DNA of 64,000 bases from Ranitomeya imitator (taxonomy: Eukaryota). The notes beneath the pieces are model-generated. The model was not told the origin of the DNA, searched no databases, and saw only the letters and a list, made by a program, of their open reading frames with translations. The translations under genes and the position numbers were made by a program. Each line of letters starts with the position of its first letter. Position 1 is the first letter of the stretch. Below, piece after piece: positions 55,683-64,000 of this stretch. The stretch spans positions 118,978,001 to 119,042,000 of the forward strand of contig NC_091290.1 of NCBI RefSeq assembly GCF_032444005.1, written 5' to 3'.

Positions 55683-55806
55683 ACCAGTTGGTCTGATGTT
55701 ATGGGCAAATATGAGACCTAGCTGTTGGTCCAAGTCATCTGGTCCAAACATGGACTGCATGAAACAGACTGGTTCATGGCCTGGTTGCTGGTCAGCCGAC
55801 CTATAA

Positions 55807-56001
55807 GGCTGCCGTCACACTATCAGTATTTGGTCAGTATTTTACATCAGTATTTGTAAGCCAAAACCAGGAGTGGGTGATAAATGTAGAAGCGGTGCTT
55901 ATGTTTCTATTATACTTTTCCTCTGATTGTTCCACTCCTGGTTTTGGCTTACAAATACTGATGTAAAATACTGACCAAATACTGCTAGTGTGACGGCAGC
56001 C
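55807..56001. mobile_element. PIF/Harbinger-type MITE, 195 bp
   Basis: TIRs of about 70 bp starting GGCTGCCGTCACACTA; TAA TSDs at 55804-55806 and 56002-56004. Confidence 0.92.
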
Positions 56002-57124
56002 TAAGACTGTCACGTTCAGAGAAGAAGACCTGCGGCCAGTCTGTACTCGGACCGTGAGACACGTATGTGTGAATGATGATTACTACATGTGCAGGCTGCG
56101 TCCCTGTGGCTCGCTGGTGTTGAGAAATCTGGTGGTAGACATGACACTCACTGGCCCCAATTCAGTAAGAGGGGCGTCTTGTCCTCCAGTCTTAACGAGG
56201 CGCACCCCACTTAATGAATTTGGTGCATCTTATCGGTGGTGTGCGCCTCCGTGGTAGCGCACCAGAAATGGACTGGGCAGGAGAACAGTTCGGGCATAAA
56301 CGCTGATGCATCAGACCCATTGGTTTTATTTGGGGGTTTTAGAACTTGTGAAAACTTGAAACATAAGAGAAAGGCGAATCCAAAATCTAAAGTGGGTACC
56401 TCCAGAAGAAAAAGGATTGTAGGGCCACACCGGGAGGTTGTCCACTGCTTCATCATGGATGGCCCAGAAGATGATGCACCACAAGTTTGGCTTCCAGTCG
56501 ATGCTTCGCGACACATCTTTTATTCTGTGCCATAAAGGAGCGACCTTATTGCCAAGGGCACGATGGTGTGTACCAAAATGAGCCTGAACTATGCGGCTTA
56601 ACACATGGCATCAGCTTAGACTAGACCGTCTTAGGCTACGTGCACACGGCGTCTTTTCCAGGTGGATCCAGCATGAAAAATGTGCTAAAACTTAGGCACA
56701 GCCAGGGGCTTCCAGTGATCACTCATGCAGGGGACACTGACCTCCTGGTCCTCCATAGAAGAAGTCAGCCGTCCGTTATTAATCACCTGATGTCACAGAC
56801 CTAATGGAAAAGAGAACAATTACTGGGTAGAAAGGCAAAATGAGCAATTGTAAGTGCACTGTGCTGTATAAGTGCTCCTTTCTGGGGCACTTTTTCATTT
56901 GTGGAGGTTTTTTTTTTACCTTTTATCAGAAGGCTGGGAGAAACGCTGCAGGGAAAAATCTACAAAACTGCAGAAAACGCTTTAGTAAGTGACACAATCA
57001 CAAAACAGAATGGTTCCACTAAAAAACACCGTTTTTGACAGCAAGAAAACCAGTGTGAACAGGGGTTACCGTGAATGTGCGCCACTACTGAGGGGCCCTG
57101 ATCCACAGCCAAATAAGCAGGGTA

Positions 57125-60100
57125 GAGGGTGACCCGCGGATGTGCTCGGGTGTCACTGTCAGGGGGTGACCCGCGGGTGTGCTGTGGTGACACTGTCAGG
57201 GGGTGACCCGCGGGTGTGCTGGGGTGTCACTGTCAGGGGGTGACCCGCGGGTGTGCTGTGGTGACACTGTCTGGGTGACCCGCGGGTGTGCTGTGGTGAC
57301 ACTGTCGGGGTGACCCGCAGGTGTGCTGTGGTGACACTATCATGGGGTGACCCGCGGGTGTGCTGTGGTGTCACTGTCAGGGGGTGACCCGCGGGTGTGC
57401 TTGCTGTGGTGACACTATCATGGGGGTGATCCGCGGGTGTGCTGTGGTGACACTGTCGGGGTGACCCGCGGGTGTGCTGTGGTGACACTATCATGGGGTG
57501 ACCCGCGGGTGTGCTGTGGTGTCACTGTCAGGGGGTGACCCGCGGGTGTGCTTGCTGTGGTGACACTATCATGGGGGTGATCCGCGGGTGTGCTGTGGTG
57601 ACACTGTCGGGGTGACCCGCGGGGGTGCTGTGGTGACACTATCATGGGGTGACCCGCGGGTGTGCTGTGGTGACACTGTCAGGGGGTGACCCGTGGGTGT
57701 GCTGTGGTGTCACTGTCAGGGGGTGACCCGTGGGTGTGCTTGCTGTGGTGACACTATCATGGGGGTGATCCGCGGGTGTGCTGTGGTGACACTGTCAGGG
57801 GGTGACCCGCGGGTGTGCTGTGGTGACACTATCATGGGGTGACCCGCGGGTGTGCTGTGGTGACACTGTCGGGGTGACCCGTGGGTGTGCTGTGGTGACA
57901 CTGTCGGGGTGACCCGCGGGTGTGCTGTGGTGACACTGTCGGGGTGACCCGCGGGTGTGCTGTGGTGACACTGTCGGGGTGACCCGCGGGTGTGCTGTGG
58001 TGACACTGTCAGGGGGTGACCCGTGGGTGTGCTGTGGTGAAACTATCATGGGGTGACCCGCGGGTGTGCTGTGGTGAAACTATCATGGGGTGACCCGTGG
58101 GTGTGCTGTGGTGAAACTATCATGGGGTGACCCGCGGGTGTGCTGTGGTGAAACTATCATGGGGTGACCCGCGGGTGTGCTGGGGTGTCACTGTCGAGGT
58201 GATCCGCGGGTGTGCTGTGGTGACACTATCATGGGGTGATCCACGGGTGTGCTGGGGTGTCACTGTCGGGGTGACCCGCGGGTGTGCTGTGGTGACACTA
58301 TCATGGGGTGACCCACGGGTGTGCTGGGGTGTCACTGTCAGGGGGTGACCCGTGGGTGTGCTGTGGTGACACTATCATGGGGTGACCCGCGGTGTGCTGG
58401 GGTGTCACTGTCGGGGTGACCCGCGGGTGTGCTGTGGTGATACTATCATGGGGTGACCCACGGGTGTGCTGGGGTGTCACTGTCAGGGGGTGACCCGCGG
58501 GTGTGCTGTGGTGACACTATCATGGGGTGACCCGCGGGTGTGCTGTGGTGGCACTATCATGGGGTGACCCGCGGGTGTGCTGGGGTGTCACTGTCGGGTG
58601 ATCCGCGGGTGTGCTGTGGTGACACTGTCGGGGTGACGCGCGGGTGTGCTGTGGTGACACTATCATGGGGTGACCCGCGGGTGTGCTGTGGTGACACTGT
58701 CGGCGTGATCCGCGGGTGTGCTTTGGTGACACTATCATGGGGTGACCCGCGGGTGTGCTGTGGTGACACTGTCAGGGGGTGACCCGCGGGTGTGCTGTGG
58801 TGACACTGTCAGTGGGTGACCCGCGGGTGTGCTGTGGTGACACTATCATGGGGTGACCCGCGGGTGTGCTGTGGTGACACTGTCAGTGGGTGACCCGCGA
58901 GTGTGCTGTGGTGACACTGTCAGGGGGTGACCCGTGGGTGTGCTGTGGTGACACTATCATGGGGTGACCCGCGGGTGTGCTGGGGTGACACTGTCAGGGG
59001 GTGACCCGTGGGTGTGCTGTGGTGACACTGTCAGGGGGTGACCCGTGTGTGTGCTGTGGTGACACTATCATGGGGTGACCCGCGGGTGTGCTGGGGTGAC
59101 ACTGTCAGGGGGTGACCCGCGGGTGTGCTGGGGTGACACTGTCAGGGGGTGACCCGCGGGTGTGCTGTGGTGACACTGTCAGGGGGTGACCCGCGGGTGT
59201 GCTGGGGTGACACTGTCAGGGGGTGACCCGCGGGTGTGCTGTGGTGACACTGTCAGGGGGTGACCCGTGGGTGTGCTGTGGTGACACTGTCAGGGGGTGA
59301 CCCGCGGGTGTGCTGTGGTGACACTGTCAGGGGGTGACCCGCGGGTGTGCTGGGGTGACACTGTCAGGGGGTGACCCGCGGGTGTGCTGGGGTGTCACTG
59401 TCAGGGGGTGACCCGCGGGTGTGCTGGGGTGTCACTATCATGGGGTGACCCGCGGGTGTGCTGGGGTGACACTATCATGGGGTGACCCGCGGGTGTGCTG
59501 TGGTGACACTATCATGGGGTGACCCGCGGGTGTGCTGTGGTGACACTGTCAGGGGGTGACCCGCGGGTGTGTTGTGGTGACACTGTCAGGGGGTGACCCG
59601 CGGGTGTGCTGGGGTGACACTGTCAGGGGGTGACCGGCGGGTGTGCTGGGGTGTCACTGTCAGGGGGTGACCCGCGGGTGTGCTGTGGTGACACTGTCAG
59701 GGGGTGACCCGCGGGTGTGCTGGGGTGTCACTGTCAGGGGGTGACCCGCGGGTGTGCTGTGGTTACACTGTCAGGGGGTGACCCGTGGGTGTGCTGTGGT
59801 GACACTATCATGGGGTGACCCGCGGGTGTGCTGGGGTGACACTGTCAGGGGGTGACCCGCGGGTGTGCTGTGGTGACACTGTCAGGGGGTGACCCGCGGG
59901 TGTGCTGTGGTGACACTGTCAGGGGGTGACCCGCGGGTGTGCTGGGGTGACACTGTCAGGGGGTGACCCGCGGGTGTGCTGTGGTGACACTGTCAGGGGG
60001 TGACCCGCGGGTGTGCTGTGGTGACACTATCATGGGGTGACCCGCGGGTGTGCTGGGGTGACACTGTCAGGGGGTGACCCGCGGGTGTGCTGTGGTGACA

Positions 60101-60697
60101 CTGTCAGGGGGTGACCCGCGGGTGTGCTGTGGTGACACTGTCAGGGGGTGACCCGCGGGTGTGCTGTGGTGACACTGTCAGGGGGTGACCCGCGGGTGTG
60201 CTGGGGTGACACTGTCAGGGGGTGACCCGCGGGTGTGCTGGGGTGACACTGTCAGGGGGTGACCCGCGGGTGTGCTGGGGTGACACTGTCAGGGGGTGAC
60301 CCGCGGGTGTGCTGGGGTGACACTGTCAGGGGGTGACCCGCGGGTGTGCTGGGGTGACACTGTCAGGGGGTGACCCGCGGGTGTGCTGGGGTGACACTAT
60401 CATGGGGTGACCCGCGGGTGTGCTGTGGTGACACTATCATGGGGTGACCCGCGGGTGTGCTGTGGTGACACTGTCAGGGGGTGACCCGCGGGTGTGCTGG
60501 AGTGACACTGTCAGGGGGTGACCCGCGGGTGTGCTGGGGTGTCACTGTCAGGGGGTGACCCGCGGGTGTGCTGTGGTGACACTGTCAGGGGGTGACCCGC
60601 GGGTGTGCTGTGGTGACACTGTCAGGGGGTGACCCGCGGGTGTGCTGTGGTGACACTGTCAGGGGGTGACCCGCTGGTGTGCTGGGGTGACACTGTG
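57125..60697. repeat. 35-41-bp (mostly 37-bp) minisatellite, about 95 units, directly upstream of AMFR
   Basis: Unit GGGGGTGACCCGCGGGTGTGCTGTGGTGACACTGTCA, with CTATCAT, GGGGTG and length variants. Confidence 0.99.
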
Positions 60698-60699
60698 GG

Positions 60700-60907
60700 A
60701 ACCTGCGCTCCGCCACCAGCAGAGGGCGCTGTCTCACCGATGAACGTACGGAAGGCAGCGGCGGACAGAAGTGTGTGAGCGCGGAGACTGGAGCCGAGAG
60801 AGTGCGCCCGCTGATGTGTCACATTGCCGGGCCTCACACTACCACAGAGCCGCGGTTTCCTGCTCCCGTCACTGACAGGCCCCGGGGGGCCCCGGGCTTT
60901 CCTGAAC
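60700..60907 (+). promoter_or_regulatory. AMFR GC-rich promoter/5' UTR with CTCF consensus site
   Basis: CpG-rich unique segment between a minisatellite and the ATG. CCAGCAGAGGGCGC at 60716-60729 matches CCASYAGRKGGCRS exactly. Confidence 0.65.
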
Positions 60908-61150
60908 ATGCCGCTGCTCTTCTTGGAGCGCTTCCCGTGGCCCAGCCTGCGGACATACACCGGCCTGAGCGGCCTCCTGCTGGGCCTCAGTCTGCTGAGC
61001 GCCTACCGGAGCCTGAGGGGCGAGGAAGATGAGGAGCACGGCCGGGAGGAGGCGGAGGAGCTCCGGGGACAACTGTCAGAAGGCCCCGGGGAGGCGGCGG
61101 CGGCAGCGGACATAGGCCGGTACCTGGTGTCAGACGGCCTGGGAGTGTGG
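60908..61150 (+). CDS. AMFR: E3 ubiquitin ligase AMFR/gp78, first coding exon (gene continues beyond the window)
   Basis: ATG at 60908; MPLLFLERFPWPSLRTYTGLSGLLLGLSLLSAYRSL...DIGRYLVSDGLGVW followed by donor GTGAGT at 61151 (81 codons). The N-terminus is the AMFR signature, and the position after NUDT21 matches vertebrate synteny. Confidence 0.95.
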
Positions 61151-61164
61151 GTGAGTGCCGGCTG

Positions 61165-62982
61165 TGTATATACCGTGTGTGACAGGAGTCTATATACCGT
61201 GTGTGTGATAGGAGTGTATATACCGTGTGTGACAGGAGTCTATATACCGTGTGTGTGATAGGAGTGTATATACCGTGTGTGTGTGTGACAGGAGTGTATA
61301 TACCGTGTGTGTGTGTGACAGGAGTGTATATACCGTGTGTGTGACAGGAGTATATATACCGTGTGTGTGTGACAGGAGTATATATACCGTGTGTGTGTGA
61401 CAGGAGTGTATATACCGTGTGTGTGACAGGAGTGTATATACCGTGTGTGTGACAGGAGTGTATATACCGTGTGTGTGACAGGAGTGTATATACCGTGTGT
61501 GTGACAGGAGTGTATATACCGTGTGTGACAGGAGTGTATATACCGTGTGTGACAGGAGTGTATATACCGTGTGTGACAGGAGTGTATATACCGTGTGTGA
61601 CAGGAGTGTATATACCGTGTGTGTGTGACAGGAGTGTATATACCGTGTGTGTGTGTGTGACAGGAGTGTATATACCGTGTGTGTGAGAAGAGTGTGTATA
61701 TACCGTGTGTGTGACAGGAGTGTATATACTGTGTGTGTGTGTGACAGGAGTGTATATACCGTGTGTGTGTGACAGGAGTGTATATACCGTGTGTGTGACA
61801 GGAGTGTATATACCGTGTGTGTGTGACAGGAGTGTATATACCGTGTGTGTGAGAAGAGTGTGTATATACCGTGTGTGTGTGACAGGACTGTATATACCGT
61901 GTGTGTGTGTGACAGGAGTGTATATACCGTGTGTGACAGGACTGTATATATACCGTGTGTGTGTGACAGGAGTGTATATACCGTGTGTGTGTGACAGGAG
62001 TGTATATACCGTGTGTGTGTGTGACAGGACTGTATATACCGTGTGTGTGTGACAGGACTGTATATACCGCGTGTGTGTGACAGGACTGTATATATACCGT
62101 GTGTGTGTGACAGGACTGTATATATACTGTGTGTGTGTGACAGGAGTGTATATACTGTGTGTGTGACAGGACTGTATATATACCGTGTGTGTGACAGGAC
62201 TGTATATATACCGTGTGTGTGTGACAGGACTGTATATACCGTGTGTGTGACAGGAGTGTATATACCGTGTGTGTGACAGGAGTGTATATACCGTGTGTGT
62301 GAGAAGTGTGTATATACCGTGCGTGTGTGACAGGCGTATATATACCGTGTGTGTGTGACAGGAGTATATATACCGTGTGTGTGTGACTGGAGTGTATATA
62401 CCGTGTGTGTGTGTGACAGGAGTGTATATACTGTGTGTGTGACAGGAGTGTATATACCGTGTGTGTGTGACAGGAGTGTATATACTGTGTGTGTGACAGG
62501 ACTGTATATATACCGTGTGTGTGACAGGAGTGTATATACCGTGTGTGTGACAGGAGTGTATATACCGTGTGTGTGAGAAGAGTGTGTATATACCGTGTGT
62601 GTGACAGGAGTGTATATACTGTGTGTGTGTGTGACAGGAGTGTATATACCGTGTGTGTGACAGGAGTGTATATACCGTGTGTGTGACAGGAGTGTATATA
62701 CCGTGTGTGTGACAGGACTGTATATACCGTGTGTGTGACAGGAGTGTATATACCGTGTGTGTGACAGGACTGTATATACCGTGTGTGTGACAGGAGTGTA
62801 TATACTGTGTGTGTGTGTGACAGGAGTATATATACTGTGTGTGTGTGACAGGAGTATATATATTGTGTGTGTGTGTGACAGGAGTATATATACTGTGTGT
62901 GACAGGAGTGTATATACCGTGTGCGTGTGACAGGAGTGTATATACTGTGTGTGTGACAGGAGTCTGTATGCTGTGTGTGTGA
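61165..62982. repeat. Compound minisatellite (24-34 bp, variable embedded (GT)n), AMFR intron 1
   Basis: Unit (GT)n-GACAGGAGTGTATATACC, beginning about 15 bp after the exon 1 donor. Confidence 0.98.
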
Positions 62983-64000
62983 CCTGTGTTTTGTGTACTG
63001 TGCGCGTCACCAGTGTCTGCTTACTGTGTACTGTGGGTGTCACCGGTGTCTACATACTGTGTACTGTGCGTGTCACCGGTGTCTACATACTGTGTACTGT
63101 GGGTGTCACTGGTGTCTACATACTGTGTACTGTGTGTGTCACCGGTGTCTACATACTGTGTACTGTGGGTGTCACTGGTGTCTACATACTGTGGGTGTCA
63201 CCGGTGTCTACATACTGTGGGTGTCACCGGTGTCTACATACTGTGTACTGTGCGTGTCACTGGTGTCTACATACTGTGTACTGTGTGTGTCACCGGTGTC
63301 TACATACTGTGTACTGTGGGTGTCACCGGTGTCTACATACTGTGGGTGTCACCGGTGTCTACATACTGTGGGTGTCACCGGTGTCTACATACTGTGTACT
63401 GTGCGTGTCACTGGTGTCTACATACTGTGTAGCGTGGGTGTCACCGGTGTCTACATACTGTGTACTGTGCCTGTCACCGGTGTCTACATACTGTGTACTG
63501 TGGGTGTCACCGGTGTCTACATACTGTGTACTGTGGGTGTCACTGGTGTCTACATACTGTGTACTGTGCGTGTCACCGGTGTCTACATACTGTGGGTGTC
63601 ACCGGTGTCTACATACTGTGTACTGTGTGTGTCACCGGTGTCTACATACTGTGTACTGTGTGTGTCACCGGTGTCTACATATTGTGTACTGCAGGTGTCA
63701 CATGTGTCTACATATTGTTTGTGGGTGTCACCTGTGTCTACATATTGTGTGTGGGTGTCACTGGTGTCTACATACTGTGTACTGTGCGTGTCACCGGTGT
63801 CTACATACTGTGTACTGTGGGTGTCACCGGTGTCTACATACTGTGTACTGTGTGTGTCACCGGTGTCTACATACTGTGTACTGTGGGTGTCACCGGTGTC
63901 TACATACTGTGTACTGTGTGTGTCACCGGTGTCTACATACTGTGTACTGTGGGTGTCACCGGTGTCTACATACTGTGTACTGTGCGTGTCACCGGTGTCT
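62983..64000. repeat. 33/26-bp minisatellite, AMFR intron 1 (runs off the window)
   Basis: Unit CTGTGTACTGTGGGTGTCACCGGTGTCTACATA; a 26-bp variant lacks one CTGTGTA. Confidence 0.98.

Noticed and set aside
53442-55760. ORFs of 144-694 aa (MVNRGPTPNIWSIG...)
   Set aside because: Translation of the 29-bp array; no domain or splice support.
56070-56170. C/D box snoRNA (ATGATGA)
   Set aside because: No D box (CTGA) or terminal stem within typical distance, and it is intergenic.
57159-63432. Many repetitive ORFs (up to 617 aa)
   Set aside because: Translations of the 37-, 24-34- and 33-bp arrays.

Overview
Vertebrate genomic DNA. The Tc1, T2, Harbinger, DIRS and V-SINE repeat landscape points to a frog (inference). 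The window holds the conserved syntenic block BBS2(+) / OGFOD1(-) / NUDT21(+) / AMFR(+). I reconstructed 11 3' coding exons of BBS2, all 13 of OGFOD1, all 7 of NUDT21 and coding exon 1 of AMFR by hand, each with GT-AG splice sites and continuous frame. OGFOD1 and NUDT21 share a 181-bp head-to-head promoter with a ZNF143 site and inverted ETS sites. Introns and intergenic DNA carry two DIRS1-like tyrosine-recombinase retrotransposons (one with both ITRs and the ICR), three Tc1 elements plus a fragment, L1/L2 fragments, a V-SINE and many MITEs. About 55% of the last 22 kb is minisatellite packed around promoters and first exons. The most unusual item is a 536-bp Penelope/retrozyme-like insertion in a BBS2 intron (4340-4875). 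It has 126-bp inverted arms and a minimal type I hammerhead ribozyme fold in which the core C3-G8 pair appears replaced by A3-U8. The giant ORFs in the supplied track are tandem-repeat artefacts. There is no CRISPR, rRNA or tRNA gene. Exon numbers follow my recollection of the human genes; no database search was run.
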